Shown here piece by piece: positions 1-9,728 of a DNA stretch of 64,000 nucleotides. Position numbers and translations under genes: made by a program. Source of the DNA: an uncultured bacterium (lineage in GTDB: Bacteria; Patescibacteriota; Patescibacteriia; Patescibacteriales; UBA12465); the NCBI GenBank assembly GCA_903874345.1, contig CAIQRY010000065.1, positions 2,679-66,678 of the forward strand, written 5' to 3'. The notes under the pieces are model-generated. The model was not told the DNA's origin and ran no database searches. It worked only from the letters and a program-made list of their open reading frames with translations. Numbering within the stretch: the stretch's first letter is position 1; each line of letters starts with the position of its first letter.

Positions 1-144
1 TAAATCATCAATCAATTGCAGAAACATGCCGCGGTTAGAACGAAAAACCGAAAGACGCGGTCTCTCTGGCGTGCCCGTTATTTTCGAGCGCACGCGAGCG
101 TGCCGACGGGCCTGTTGGGTTTGTTTAACTTTATTTTTATCCAT
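1..144 (-). CDS. rplR: 50S ribosomal protein L18, N-terminal part (gene runs off the window start)
   Basis: Reverse-strand translation from ATG at 142-144 gives [38 protein letters not shown]..., a typical L18 N-terminus. Position directly downstream of rplF matches spc operon order. Confidence 0.8.
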   Translation of the reverse strand, partial: MDKNKVKQTQQARRHARVRSKITGTPERPRLSVFRSNRGMFLQLIDDL

Positions 145-165
145 ATAATTACTTATTTACGGTTT

Positions 166-711
166 TTATTTGCCTTTTGCCGCGGCTTTACCCGCCTTGC
201 GTCTAATAATCTCATCGGAATATTTAATACCCTTCCCTTTATACGGTTCGGGCTTACGAATTTTTCTAATCTGAGCCGCAGTTTCGCCCACTAAACTTTT
301 ATCCGCGCCGCTTAAGGTAATCACGTTCCCCTCAACCAAGGCATTAATTCCCGTCGGTAATTTGAATTCTACCGGATGAGAAAAGCCTAAACTCATATTT
401 AATTGGCGTCCGGCCACCGCGGCACGGTAACCAACACCATTAATTTCTAATTTTTTAATAAAACCAACCGAGGCGCCCTCAACCGCATTCTTCACTAAAC
501 TCCAAATCAAACCCCAATGGGCACTAGCATTTTTAGCCTCTCGGTCATAAGGCGCGACAATTACTTCTTGACCCACAACCTTAACCTCAATTAAAGAATT
601 GGCCGCTAAGCGCAACTCACCCTTCGGACCTTTGAAAATCATTTCTTTGTCCGAAATAGTCGCTTGAACGCCGGCAGGTAATTTAATTGGCAGTTTTCCT
701 AAACGTGACAT
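166..711 (-). CDS. rplF: 50S ribosomal protein L6
   Basis: 181 aa ORF with L6-like sequence throughout, in spc-operon position. Confidence 0.95.
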   Translation of the reverse strand: MSRLGKLPIKLPAGVQATISDKEMIFKGPKGELRLAANSLIEVKVVGQEVIVAPYDREAKNASAHWGLIWSLVKNAVEGASVGFIKKLEINGVGYRAAVAGRQLNMSLGFSHPVEFKLPTGINALVEGNVITLSGADKSLVGETAAQIRKIRKPEPYKGKGIKYSDEIIRRKAGKAAAKGK

Positions 712-732
712 ATGATAAGACTTAAATGTTAA

Positions 733-1143
733 TTAAAAAATTTCTCCAATTACTTCGCCGCCGACTTTCTGTTTCTTCGCTTCTTTATTAGTCATCAGTC
801 CACGAGAAGTCGAAATAATGGCGATACCATAATTATTCAAAACGGTCGGGAGTTCATCATGTGAAACATAAATCCGTAGTCCCGGACGACTGACACGGGA
901 AATAGAGGTAATTTGCGGTTTACCGTTCTTGCGATATTTCAAATCAATTTTGATTTCATCAAAATTCGTTCGGCGACCAGCCAAACCACCGGGTAGAATA
1001 ACAACCTTCTTAACCCAGCCTTCGGTTTCCAAAATCTTGGCCACCTCATATTTTAATTTTGATAACGGCAAAACAATCTCCGGTTTTTTAACCGCGGAGG
1101 CGTTTCTGATTCTGGTGAACATGTCTGCGATGGGATCCATCAT
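733..1143 (-). CDS. rpsH: 30S ribosomal protein S8
   Basis: 136 aa; MMDPIADMFTRIRNA... is the canonical S8 N-terminus. Confidence 0.95.
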   Translation of the reverse strand: MMDPIADMFTRIRNASAVKKPEIVLPLSKLKYEVAKILETEGWVKKVVILPGGLAGRRTNFDEIKIDLKYRKNGKPQITSISRVSRPGLRIYVSHDELPTVLNNYGIAIISTSRGLMTNKEAKKQKVGGEVIGEIF

Positions 1144-1164
1144 ATTTTTATTTAAATAATTTAT

Positions 1165-1350
1165 TTACCAGCTGGATTTTCTAATACCCGGCAAATCGCC
1201 GTTATCAGCCAATTCCCGAAAACAAATACGGCACAATTTAAAATCGCGCATATAGCCGTGGTTGCGGCCACAACGCCAGCAACGGTTGATTTTACGGGTC
1301 GAAAATTTTGGTTTTCTTTTCGCTTTTACAATTAATGCTGTTCTCGCCAT
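1165..1350 (-). CDS. rpsN: 30S ribosomal protein S14, zinc-binding type Z (61 aa from internal Met; ORF track extends to 1392)
   Basis: [48 protein letters not shown]...; the CxxC...CxxC zinc motif is typical of short S14 (rpsZ). Start at 1350 sits 11 nt after the rplE stop. Confidence 0.9.
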   Translation of the reverse strand: MARTALIVKAKRKPKFSTRKINRCWRCGRNHGYMRDFKLCRICFRELADNGDLPGIRKSSW

Positions 1351-1360
1351 AATATTTAAA

Positions 1361-1906
1361 TTATTTGCTGTCTTTTTTAAAGGGGAAACCAATTAAGTGG
1401 AAAAGTTCCAAACCCTCTTCCCGATTTCGCGCCGTCGTCGATAAGCAGACTTCCAAACCAAACAAATTACTGACATCTTCGGCTTTAATTTCCGGAAAAG
1501 AAGCATATTCTTTCAAGCCAACGGTTAAATTACCACTGCGATCAACGGATTTAGCGCTAATCCCGCGAAAATCGCGGACGCGCGGAAAAGTAATGCCCAC
1601 TAATTTTTCCACAAAATCATACATTCTTTGACCACGTAAGGTTACCTTCGCGCCAATCGTCATTCCTTCTCTGATTTTAAAAGCGGAGACTGATTTTTTG
1701 GCCGTGGTAAAAACCGGCTTTTGGCCGCTAATCTTAAGTAAGCCCTGTTCGACGCTAGTTAAAAATTCTTTTTCCTTGGCATGAGCGCCACAGCCCACAT
1801 TAATCACCACCTTGCTTAAGCGCGGCACAAGCATGTCATTTTTGAATCCGAATTTTTCCTCCATCTTCGGGACAATCTGTTTTTTATATTGTTCTTTTAA
1901 TCTCAT
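1361..1906 (-). CDS. rplE: 50S ribosomal protein L5
   Basis: 181 aa, L5 family sequence, spc operon order. Confidence 0.95.
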   Translation of the reverse strand: MRLKEQYKKQIVPKMEEKFGFKNDMLVPRLSKVVINVGCGAHAKEKEFLTSVEQGLLKISGQKPVFTTAKKSVSAFKIREGMTIGAKVTLRGQRMYDFVEKLVGITFPRVRDFRGISAKSVDRSGNLTVGLKEYASFPEIKAEDVSNLFGLEVCLSTTARNREEGLELFHLIGFPFKKDSK

Positions 1907-1916
1907 ATAGATTTAA

Positions 1917-2240
1917 TTACTCAATGATTTCTCCGCATTTGCGGCAGACGCGAACTTTCTTATCTTTCTTCCCTTCAATTTTCATAGTTTTAAAACCTAA
2001 GCGTGTCGCGCGACCACATTTTGCGCAGACCACCGCGACGTTAGACGCGTTAATAAAGGCCGGAAATTCAATCCGCTGTCCTTTTTCGCCTTCGCGACGG
2101 GGGCGCAAATGCTTAATCAGTAAATTCAAGCCTTCGACGCTGATGCGGCCCTCCTGAGGCATCACTTGCAAAACCTTGCCGATCTTGCCTCGGTCCTTGC
2201 CCGCTAAAATTTTTACTTTGTCATTCTTTTTGATATTCAT
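1917..2240 (-). CDS. rplX: 50S ribosomal protein L24 with a C-terminal CxxC...CxxC extension
   Basis: KOW-type N-terminus ([20 protein letters not shown]). The C-terminal tail [10 protein letters not shown]...[10 protein letters not shown] carries four Cys. Confidence 0.9.
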   Translation of the reverse strand: MNIKKNDKVKILAGKDRGKIGKVLQVMPQEGRISVEGLNLLIKHLRPRREGEKGQRIEFPAFINASNVAVVCAKCGRATRLGFKTMKIEGKKDKKVRVCRKCGEIIE

Positions 2241-2261
2241 ATATTTCGAAACAAGCCGAAT

Positions 2262-2636
2262 TTATAAAACTTCTGGGGCCAGTGAGGCGATTTTTACAAA
2301 ACCCGCCTTTCTGACTTCACGCGCCACTGGTCCAAAGATACGGGTTCCTTTCGGATCCTTCTTCTCTAAATCCGTAATAATCACGCAAGCGTTATCATCA
2401 AAACGTAAATAAGAACCATCCGCCCGGCGGATTTCCTTCTTCGTCCGAACCACCACCGCTTTGACGACATCACTTTTCTTAACAGCGGCATGAGGCACAG
2501 CGCTTTTCACCGCCGCCACGATAATATCACCGACGCCGGCATAGCGTCTCTTATAACCGCCCAAAACACGAATGCACTGGACTTCTTTGGCGCCGGAATT
2601 ATCGGCTACTTTTAAATAGGTTTGAACCTGAACCAT
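2262..2636 (-). CDS. rplN: 50S ribosomal protein L14
   Basis: [27 protein letters not shown]... is L14. Confidence 0.95.
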   Translation of the reverse strand: MVQVQTYLKVADNSGAKEVQCIRVLGGYKRRYAGVGDIIVAAVKSAVPHAAVKKSDVVKAVVVRTKKEIRRADGSYLRFDDNACVIITDLEKKDPKGTRIFGPVAREVRKAGFVKIASLAPEVL

Positions 2637-2640
2637 ATAA

Positions 2641-2886
2641 TTATTGATTTATAACTCGCCATCTTTTATCACGACTTAAAGGTCGGCACTCGACAAACGC
2701 GACTTTATCGCCAACTTGATACTGATTTTTCTCGTCGTGTACTTTATAATGACGACTAACCACATACCGTTTTTGATATTTCGGATGCTTTTTAACATTT
2801 TCCACTTTGACGACAATCGTTTTCGCATTACTATTGCTAATCACGACGCCCTGGAATTGTTTTTTGATAATCGGATTCGTGGCCAT
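2641..2886 (-). CDS. rpsQ: 30S ribosomal protein S17
   Basis: 81 aa, S17 family, follows rpmC. Confidence 0.92.
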   Translation of the reverse strand: MATNPIIKKQFQGVVISNSNAKTIVVKVENVKKHPKYQKRYVVSRHYKVHDEKNQYQVGDKVAFVECRPLSRDKRWRVINQ

Positions 2887-2887
2887 A

Positions 2888-3073
2888 TTATTTTTTCTTA
2901 TTAACTAAGGTTAAGATCTGCGCCATCTGTTGTTTAGTCGCCCGAATCTCCCGAACATTCTTCAGTTGCTTATTCGAATCTTTAAAACGCAAATCGCGTA
3001 ATTTTTCACGGCCCGCGGCGAGTAACTTCGCCAGTTCCGCCTGATCTTTAGTTTTTAGTTCTTTAAAATCCAT
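2888..3073 (-). CDS. rpmC: 50S ribosomal protein L29
   Basis: 61 aa helical protein in the L29 position between rplP and rpsQ. Confidence 0.9.
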   Translation of the reverse strand: MDFKELKTKDQAELAKLLAAGREKLRDLRFKDSNKQLKNVREIRATKQQMAQILTLVNKKK

Positions 3074-3095
3074 ATATTTAAATCAGAAACAAAAA

Positions 3096-3503
3096 TTATT
3101 CTTTACTGATAAATTGGCACTTCACCGGTAATTTGTGTCCGGCGAGTTCCATTGCTTTCTTCGCTGTCGCCTTATCAAGCCCTTCCATTTCAAACATCAC
3201 CATGCCCGGCTTCACAATGGCGACATAAAAATCAACCGCCCCCTTACCTTTACCCATCGGCATTTCACTGCCATGCGCGGTAACCGGCTTATCCGGAAAA
3301 ATACGAATCCAAATCTTACCGCCTTTTTTGACGTATTTCGTCATCACGCGACGGGCGGCTTCAATTTGACGAGAAGTGACCCAGCAAGCCGTTAAGCTCT
3401 TCAAGCCATAGCTACCAAAACTGATGTTAAGATAACGACTGGCCTTACCGCCACGACGGCGTTTCTGGTCTTTTCTCCATTTAGTTTTCTTAGGCATTAA
3501 CAT
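3096..3503 (-). CDS. rplP: 50S ribosomal protein L16
   Basis: 135 aa, L16/L10e family sequence. Confidence 0.95.
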   Translation of the reverse strand: MLMPKKTKWRKDQKRRRGGKASRYLNISFGSYGLKSLTACWVTSRQIEAARRVMTKYVKKGGKIWIRIFPDKPVTAHGSEMPMGKGKGAVDFYVAIVKPGMVMFEMEGLDKATAKKAMELAGHKLPVKCQFISKE

Positions 3504-3527
3504 ATGGGCGTGTCCTTATTTATTTTT

Positions 3528-4208
3528 TTAATTGGCAATGACTTCGCCTTTTTTCTCCTGATCTTTGGCGAAGACTTCCCCTTTATAAATCCAAACTTTA
3601 ATTCCGATGGCGCCATAACTGGTATGCGCCGCACCGCGAGCATAATCAATATCAGCGCGTAAGGTCTGAAGCGGTACTTTACCCCAAACTAATTTTTCCG
3701 TGCGCGCGATTTCCGCACCGTTTAGGCGACCACCGATAACGACCTTAGCGCCTAAAGCGCCGGCCCGTTCGATTTTATTTAAGGTCTGCTTCATCACTTT
3801 ACGGAAAGGGGTTCTTTTTTCAATATCTAAAATCATGGTCTGGACAATAATCTGCGCGCTTAAATTCGGTCGGCTGAATTCTTTAATATTCAAGCTGATT
3901 TCGCCCATGCGGAAATTTTTCAAAAATTTAACGTGTAATTTCTTTTTTAATTCTTCAACACCATTACCGCCTCGGCCAATGATCAACCCCGGCTTAGCCG
4001 TCGTGATATTAATCGCAATCTTATTCAAGCTCCGAACAATTTCCACCTGATCAATCCCGGCTTCTTTAAATTCCCGGATCATATATTTCCGGATATAAAT
4101 ATCTTGTTTGATGTTGGCAATATATTTATCGCCACGTTCAAACCAGACGGACGGCCAGGTCTTAATGACACCTAAACGGAATACTTTTGGATTAACTTGT
4201 TTGCCCAT
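3528..4208 (-). CDS. rpsC: 30S ribosomal protein S3
   Basis: 226 aa with KH-domain region (GLIIGRGGNGVEELKK). Confidence 0.95.
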   Translation of the reverse strand: MGKQVNPKVFRLGVIKTWPSVWFERGDKYIANIKQDIYIRKYMIREFKEAGIDQVEIVRSLNKIAINITTAKPGLIIGRGGNGVEELKKKLHVKFLKNFRMGEISLNIKEFSRPNLSAQIIVQTMILDIEKRTPFRKVMKQTLNKIERAGALGAKVVIGGRLNGAEIARTEKLVWGKVPLQTLRADIDYARGAAHTSYGAIGIKVWIYKGEVFAKDQEKKGEVIAN

Positions 4209-4253
4209 ATATATAGCAATTACGAATTACGAATTAATAATTATCTTTAAATA

Positions 4254-4760
4254 TTAACCAGCCTTACGTCTAAACATTTTTGCTTTTTCACCCGCTGCCT
4301 TCTGACCTTTTTCTTTAACGGCTTTAAGCGCGCTTTTGGCCGTCGCTTTTTCGCCTTCCTTAGCTAGTTTTTCTAATTTAACCGGGTCCGCAACTTTAAC
4401 AACTTTCTTTTCGCTTTTGCCGCTCGCTTTGATTTCGCTTAAAATCAAAGTTAAATGGCAACCGCGTTTTCGAATCGCTGTGGCGCGACCATGCGCCCGC
4501 GGCATCCAACGCTTAAGCATCACGCCTTCGTCGGACATAATTTCTTTAATATATAAATTGCTGCGTTCTAAACTATAAGTATTCTCCGCGTTGGCAATCG
4601 CCGATTTGATTAACTTCGCAATCGGTTCGGCTGCCAATTTATTAATAAACTGGAGCTGATCCAAGGCCGTATCAACCGGCATTTTGCGGATAATATCAAT
4701 CACCAAACGGGCTTTCCGCGGCGACATTCTCAAATGTTTTAAGTTAGCTTTAACTTCCAT
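4254..4760 (-). CDS. rplV: 50S ribosomal protein L22 with a Lys/Ala-rich C-terminal tail
   Basis: L22 core to about residue 112, then a roughly 55 aa K/A/E-rich extension. Confidence 0.92.
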   Translation of the reverse strand: MEVKANLKHLRMSPRKARLVIDIIRKMPVDTALDQLQFINKLAAEPIAKLIKSAIANAENTYSLERSNLYIKEIMSDEGVMLKRWMPRAHGRATAIRKRGCHLTLILSEIKASGKSEKKVVKVADPVKLEKLAKEGEKATAKSALKAVKEKGQKAAGEKAKMFRRKAG

Positions 4761-4772
4761 ATTTGTGTAAAA

Positions 4773-5063
4773 TTATTTTTTTTGATCCGCGGCCTGCGTC
4801 TTAGCCATCTTTCCGCCGTGACTCACAAATTTGCGAGTTAAGGAAAATTCGCCTAAACGATGACCAACCATATTTTCCACCACATAAACTGGAACGTGAG
4901 TCTTGCCGTTATGCACGCCCAAAGTAAAACCCACCATTTCGGGCGTAATTGTACAGGCGCGATCCCAAACCTTAAGCACGGTTTTATCTCCCGGACGCAA
5001 ATTTTTTATTTTATTCACGAGGCGCAAATTGACATAAGGCCCCTTTTTCAAACTTCTGGACAT
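4773..5063 (-). CDS. rpsS: 30S ribosomal protein S19
   Basis: 96 aa, S19 family (GHRLGEFSLTRKF). Confidence 0.95.
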   Translation of the reverse strand: MSRSLKKGPYVNLRLVNKIKNLRPGDKTVLKVWDRACTITPEMVGFTLGVHNGKTHVPVYVVENMVGHRLGEFSLTRKFVSHGGKMAKTQAADQKK

Positions 5064-5081
5064 ATTTTATCTAATGATTAA

Positions 5082-5918
5082 TTATTTGCGTTTACTGCGA
5101 CGTTTAACAATTAAGCGGTTTGAGCGACGTTTCTTTCTAGTCTTAACGCCCAAAGCCGGTTTACCCCAAATGGTTTTCGGATGACGCAAGCCAATCGGCT
5201 GGTTACCTTCACCACCACCATGCGGATGATCAACCGGATTCATCGCCGTACCACGAACCGTCGGACGAATACCTAAATAACGGCTGCGACCGGCCTTGCC
5301 TAAAGAAATATGACGTTTATCCGGGTTGGACGCTTGGCCGACCGTGCATAAACATTCTTTCTTAACAAGACGAATTTCACCGGACGGCATTTTTAACTGG
5401 GCATATTTTCCTTCCACGCCCATGACATAAACTAAATTACCGGCGCCGCGCGCAATTTTCGCGCCCTGACCCGGTTCGAGCTCAACACTCGAGACTGGCA
5501 AGCCAGCCGGAATATATTGAAGCGGCAAAGCATTGCCGACTTTAATTTCAATTAAACTCTTGGAACTCATCACTTGATCGCCAACTTTTAAATCAACCGG
5601 AGCGACAATATAACGTTTTGCGCCATCAACATAATGAAGTAAGGCTAAACGCGCTCCACGACCCGGATCATATTCAATCGCCGCGACCTTAGCCGGGACG
5701 TCAAATTTATCACGATTAAAGTCAACTAAACGGATATAACGTTTCGCGCCGCCGCCATGATGACGAACAGTAATTTTACCGGTCGAATTACGACCGCCTT
5801 GTCTTTTTCTAATCATGACCAGGCTTTTTTCCGGGGTAAACTTCGTTAAATCTTTAAAATCATCAAAAGTTGCCTCTCGTCTGCCTGGTGTATTCGCTTT
5901 TACTTTTTTAATACCCAT
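5082..5918 (-). CDS. rplB: 50S ribosomal protein L2
   Basis: 278 aa, L2 motifs (GGGAKRYIR..., HPHGGGEG). Confidence 0.97.
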   Translation of the reverse strand: MGIKKVKANTPGRREATFDDFKDLTKFTPEKSLVMIRKRQGGRNSTGKITVRHHGGGAKRYIRLVDFNRDKFDVPAKVAAIEYDPGRGARLALLHYVDGAKRYIVAPVDLKVGDQVMSSKSLIEIKVGNALPLQYIPAGLPVSSVELEPGQGAKIARGAGNLVYVMGVEGKYAQLKMPSGEIRLVKKECLCTVGQASNPDKRHISLGKAGRSRYLGIRPTVRGTAMNPVDHPHGGGEGNQPIGLRHPKTIWGKPALGVKTRKKRRSNRLIVKRRSKRK

Positions 5919-5927
5919 ATTGGTTTA

Positions 5928-6383
5928 TTAAACGCCTTCGTAAATTTTAATGGTTTCTCCTTTCGGCAAAGTGACAATCGCTTTCTTCGAATCACTGCGT
6001 TGTCCGCTGATTCGACCGCGCGTCACAAATTTGCCTTTCGATTTAATAATGTTAACCTGGGTCGGATGAACACCGTAAGTATCAGCCACGGCTTTCGCGA
6101 CCGAAATTTTATTGGCACTCGGATTAACAATAAAAACGTATTTATTTTCTGCGCCCAGAATACTGGCTTTTTCCGTAACAAGCGGTTTAATTAAAATGCG
6201 ATAGGAATTGCCGAAGCGTACCGGAGAGACTTTCTTGCCGCTCGCCGTCTTCACGCTTTTAGGCGCTTCGCTATAAAGATCCTGCATCGAAGTCGCCTCT
6301 GGCGCGGCTTTCGGCTTAGCAACCTTAGCAGTTTTAGCCACGGGTTTCTTATCTTCTGTTTTTTTATTTCCAAATAAAGCCAT
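5928..6383 (-). CDS. rplW: 50S ribosomal protein L23 with an N-terminal extension
   Basis: C-terminal roughly 95 aa is L23-like. The first 50-55 aa is a K/A/P-rich extension (a downstream internal start is possible). Confidence 0.88.
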   Translation of the reverse strand: MALFGNKKTEDKKPVAKTAKVAKPKAAPEATSMQDLYSEAPKSVKTASGKKVSPVRFGNSYRILIKPLVTEKASILGAENKYVFIVNPSANKISVAKAVADTYGVHPTQVNIIKSKGKFVTRGRISGQRSDSKKAIVTLPKGETIKIYEGV

Positions 6384-6387
6384 ATAT

Positions 6388-7038
6388 TTATTTTTGATAA
6401 CGGGTCGTTAAAGTCGCGACGGCCCCTTCGGTCAGTAATAAATTCTTATAATTCAATAAGTCGACTAAATTGATATTTTCCAAATTAATGATTTTAACGC
6501 CGGCTAAATTACGACCGGAGTACTTAGCCTTTTCATTCTTCGCATCATTAACGACTAAAAGATTACGGCGATCATTCTTTAAAACTTTTTTCTCCACCGC
6601 CGTTACCATAGCGTTAAACAACTTAGTTTTATAATCTTTAAATTCTAAATTATCCAAGACAACTAAAGAATCATTTGCTACCTTGTCCGATAAAGCCATA
6701 AATAAGGCCTTCTGTTTCATTTTCTGATTAATCTTCTTTTTAAAATTGCGATCTTTCGTCGGGCCAAAGACGATACCACCGCCAATCCAAATCGGCGAAC
6801 GACTCGAACCAACGCGCGCCCGACCAGTTCCTTTCTGTTTCCACGGTTTCTTACCACCACCGCGCACTTCACTGCGATCCTTAGTATGGGCTAAAACCTG
6901 ACGTTCATTCGCCATTTGCGCGACGAGCGCCTGATGCAATAACTCATTATTCGGTTTAACGCCAAAAAGCTTGGCGCTTAAATCCAAATCTTTAACGGCT
7001 TCGGCAGACTGATTATAAACTTTTATCTTGATGGACAT
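6388..7038 (-). CDS. rplD: 50S ribosomal protein L4
   Basis: 216 aa, L4 family (GGGKKPWKQKGTGRARVGS). Confidence 0.95.
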   Translation of the reverse strand: MSIKIKVYNQSAEAVKDLDLSAKLFGVKPNNELLHQALVAQMANERQVLAHTKDRSEVRGGGKKPWKQKGTGRARVGSSRSPIWIGGGIVFGPTKDRNFKKKINQKMKQKALFMALSDKVANDSLVVLDNLEFKDYKTKLFNAMVTAVEKKVLKNDRRNLLVVNDAKNEKAKYSGRNLAGVKIINLENINLVDLLNYKNLLLTEGAVATLTTRYQK

Positions 7039-7055
7039 ATATAAACTTTCTTAAA

Positions 7056-7814
7056 TTACTTATTATTTTCAGTCACGTTATTTTCAGTCACGGCTGAAGT
7101 CGCCTCGATATTTTCAGGAGTCACCGCGGGAGTTGTCTCGATATTTTCCTCTACGGCAACTGGCGCTACCGCTTCCGGCGCCGCTTGATTAACGACTAAT
7201 TCTCCCTGACCATTAATCAAAGCTAAGCCATTAATCGCGCCCGGAACCGCCCCCTTGATAAATAAAATATTCTTCGCTTCATCAATACTAATAATTTCTA
7301 AATTAGTCGTCGTGACCCGATCGCCACCCATACGACCGCCCATCCGCGTTCCTTTAAAAACATGAGCCGGACCTTTCGGACCAATGGAACCGCCCATTCT
7401 TTCTTGGTCCTTGTTACCATGTGTTTTTCTAAAACCATGGAAATGATGGCGCTTAACCACACCTTGAAAACCCTTTCCTTTTGAGGTCGCGGTCACATTA
7501 ACAATATCACCGACTTTAAAAGTCTTAACAGTAATCACATCGCCGGCTTTAAAATTAGCCGCCTCTTCCGTTCTAAATTCACGGACATGAGCCGGCAAAA
7601 TATTCAAACTCTTGAAATGGCCTAATTGCGGTTTATTAATATTCTTCGCCTGGCGCGTACCATAAGCCAACTGCAAAGCGTTATAACCGTCTTTAGCTTT
7701 GGTTTTAACCTGAGTAACGACACAAGGACCGGCTTGGACGGGCGTCACGCCAAAAACCTTATCACCGCTCCAGATCTGGGTCATGCTCATTTTTTTACCG
7801 CTGATAAATTTCAT
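7056..7814 (-). CDS. rplC: 50S ribosomal protein L3 with a repetitive acidic C-terminal tail
   Basis: L3 core (FQGVVKRHHFHGFRKTHG). The last 50 aa is a repetitive ENIETTPAVTPENIEATSAVTENNVTENNK tail. Confidence 0.93.
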   Translation of the reverse strand: MKFISGKKMSMTQIWSGDKVFGVTPVQAGPCVVTQVKTKAKDGYNALQLAYGTRQAKNINKPQLGHFKSLNILPAHVREFRTEEAANFKAGDVITVKTFKVGDIVNVTATSKGKGFQGVVKRHHFHGFRKTHGNKDQERMGGSIGPKGPAHVFKGTRMGGRMGGDRVTTTNLEIISIDEAKNILFIKGAVPGAINGLALINGQGELVVNQAAPEAVAPVAVEENIETTPAVTPENIEATSAVTENNVTENNK

Positions 7815-7840
7815 ATGTTTTCTCTCCCTTTTACTAATTA

Positions 7841-7868
7841 AAAATAAAAGCTGGTCCTAGTAACCAGC
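7841..7868 (-). terminator. Hairpin (GCTGGT/ACCAGC stem, 7850-7868) followed by a U-run on the minus strand, just 5' of the rplC RBS. Possible attenuator or terminator between rpsJ and rplC.
   Basis: Perfect 6 bp inverted repeat followed on the minus strand by TTTTATTTTT, then the AAAGGGAGAGAAAAC RBS and ATG of rplC. Confidence 0.45.
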
Positions 7869-8035
7869 GCAAAAAAACTTTAAAACAATAAAAACGGAAT
7901 TTATTTCCAATTATATTATTTTTTATTTAGCGCTGATTTACCTCCAATTTTAGCTAATATTTACTTAAACACTTTCCTTGTTGCCAGAGTTATTCAAGCT
8001 CACATTAGCTTAATTAATATTTCTTTTTTATTCTA

Positions 8036-8371
8036 CTACATTTTTATTTCCACGTCAACCCCGGCCGGTAGGCTCAAATTCGTCAAATCTTCGATGGTTT
8101 TCGCGGTCGGATCAATAATATCAATCATGCGTTTATGAATCCGCATTTCATATTGATCGCGAGCATCTTTATGCACAAAAGTAGAGCGATTAACCGTATA
8201 TTTCCGTTTTTCCGTCGGCAGTGGAATCGGCCCGAAAAATTGGGCGTCGGAACGTTCAATCGTTTCGATGATCGTTTTTGTGGACTGATCAATAATCTTA
8301 TGATCAAAAGCCTTGATCTTGATTCTGATCCGCTGTTTAAATTCTTTTTCGTCTTTTTTGTTGTCGGACAT
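8036..8371 (-). CDS. rpsJ: 30S ribosomal protein S10
   Basis: 111 aa, S10 family ([16 protein letters not shown]). Confidence 0.95.
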   Translation of the reverse strand: MSDNKKDEKEFKQRIRIKIKAFDHKIIDQSTKTIIETIERSDAQFFGPIPLPTEKRKYTVNRSTFVHKDARDQYEMRIHKRMIDIIDPTAKTIEDLTNLSLPAGVDVEIKM

Positions 8372-8398
8372 AGTTAATTTTTTAAATTGACACTACAA

Positions 8399-8422
8399 CC
8401 CCGCCCTTGAGTAAGAGCGGGG
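8399..8422 (-). promoter_or_regulatory. Stem-loop in the tuf-rpsJ intergenic region; possible weak terminator or S10 leader element
   Basis: CCCCGCCCTT-GAGT-AAGAGCGGGG imperfect inverted repeat. The U-run after it on the minus strand is weak (TTGTAGTG). Confidence 0.3.
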
Positions 8423-8438
8423 CAAAGTAACAATTTAA

Positions 8439-9626
8439 TTACTTCAAAATCTTAGTGACCGCGCCCGCGCCGACGGTTCTACCGCCTTCACGAATAGCGA
8501 ATCTCTGCTTCTCTTCCAAAGCAATCGGCGAAATTAACTTAATCGTTAAGTTAACGGTATCGCCAGGCATAACCATTTCCGTGCCGGCCGGTAAAGTAAT
8601 ATCACCGGTCACATCGGTCGTTCTGATATAGAACTGTGGTTTATAGCCATTGAAGAACGGTTTATGACGACCGCCTTCTTCCTTGGATAAAACATAAACT
8701 TCCGCGGTAAATTCAGAATGAGGAGTGATAGAACCTGGTTTACATAAAACCTGGCCACGTTCCACTTCATTCTTTTTTGTACCACGTAGCAAAATACCAG
8801 CATTGTCCCCGGCGCGACCTTCGTCTAATTGTTTATTAAACATTTCGATTCCGGTAACGGTGGTCTTTTTGGTATCCATTAAACCAACCATTTCTACTTC
8901 GTCGCCAACTTTAACGATACCTCTTTCGATACGACCAGTGACCACAGTGCCACGGCCTTCAATCGAGAAGATATCTTCAATCGGCATTAAATACGGTTGA
9001 TCAACGGCACGAACCGGCTCCGGAATATAGTCATCTAAAGCTTTAACTAAATCCATAATCGGCTGGGCATCAGGACCGGTCGGGTTCTCTAAGGCTTTCA
9101 AAGCCGAACCGCGAATAATCGGGGTCTTATCACCCGGGAATTCATATTTCTTAAGTAAATCACGAATTTCTTCTTCAACTAAGTCAATCAGTTCTTTATC
9201 TTCAACCATATCGCATTTATTCAAGAAGACAACGATATAAGGCACACCAACCTGTTTGGCGAGCAAGATATGTTCTCTGGTCTGCGGCATCGGGCCGTCA
9301 GTCGCCGCGACGACTAAAATCGCACCGTCCATCTGAGCGGCGCCCGTAATCATGTTTTTAACATAATCGGCGTGACCCGGACAATCAACGTGCGCATAGT
9401 GACGTTTTTCGGATTCATATTCGACGTGCGCGGTGGCGATGGTAATCCCTCTCGCTTTTTCTTCCGGCGCGGCATCGATTTCCCCGACACCCTTTTTGGA
9501 GGCCTTCATACCCTTGGCGCTTAAAACTGCCAAAAGAGCGGCCGTCAAAGTGGTTTTCCCATGATCAACGTGGCCGATAGTACCGACGTTAACATGGGGC
9601 TTGTTGCGTTCAAATTTGTCTGCCAT
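8439..9626 (-). CDS. tuf: Elongation factor Tu
   Basis: 395 aa with [14 protein letters not shown]-loop, DCPGHADY and NKCD GTPase motifs. Confidence 0.98.
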   Translation of the reverse strand: MADKFERNKPHVNVGTIGHVDHGKTTLTAALLAVLSAKGMKASKKGVGEIDAAPEEKARGITIATAHVEYESEKRHYAHVDCPGHADYVKNMITGAAQMDGAILVVAATDGPMPQTREHILLAKQVGVPYIVVFLNKCDMVEDKELIDLVEEEIRDLLKKYEFPGDKTPIIRGSALKALENPTGPDAQPIMDLVKALDDYIPEPVRAVDQPYLMPIEDIFSIEGRGTVVTGRIERGIVKVGDEVEMVGLMDTKKTTVTGIEMFNKQLDEGRAGDNAGILLRGTKKNEVERGQVLCKPGSITPHSEFTAEVYVLSKEEGGRHKPFFNGYKPQFYIRTTDVTGDITLPAGTEMVMPGDTVNLTIKLISPIALEEKQRFAIREGGRTVGAGAVTKILK

Positions 9627-9728
9627 GTTTTTGTTGTACGGCCCCCGTTTCCACGGGGTTTCTTTCCTATATCTAGGAAACCAGCCGAACTTAATTAATT
9701 ATTTTAAATTATTGTAAATTATTTTGTC

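Noticed and set aside
16-294. 92 aa plus-strand ORF at the window start
   Set aside because: It lies antisense to the rplR N-terminus and rplF C-terminus, which have unmistakable ribosomal-protein translations; composition-driven spurious ORF.
9627-9728. Possible tRNA gene upstream of tuf (common thrT-tufB-type arrangement)
   Set aside because: The two hairpins present do not assemble into a cloverleaf with acceptor stem and T-loop; treated as leader structure only.
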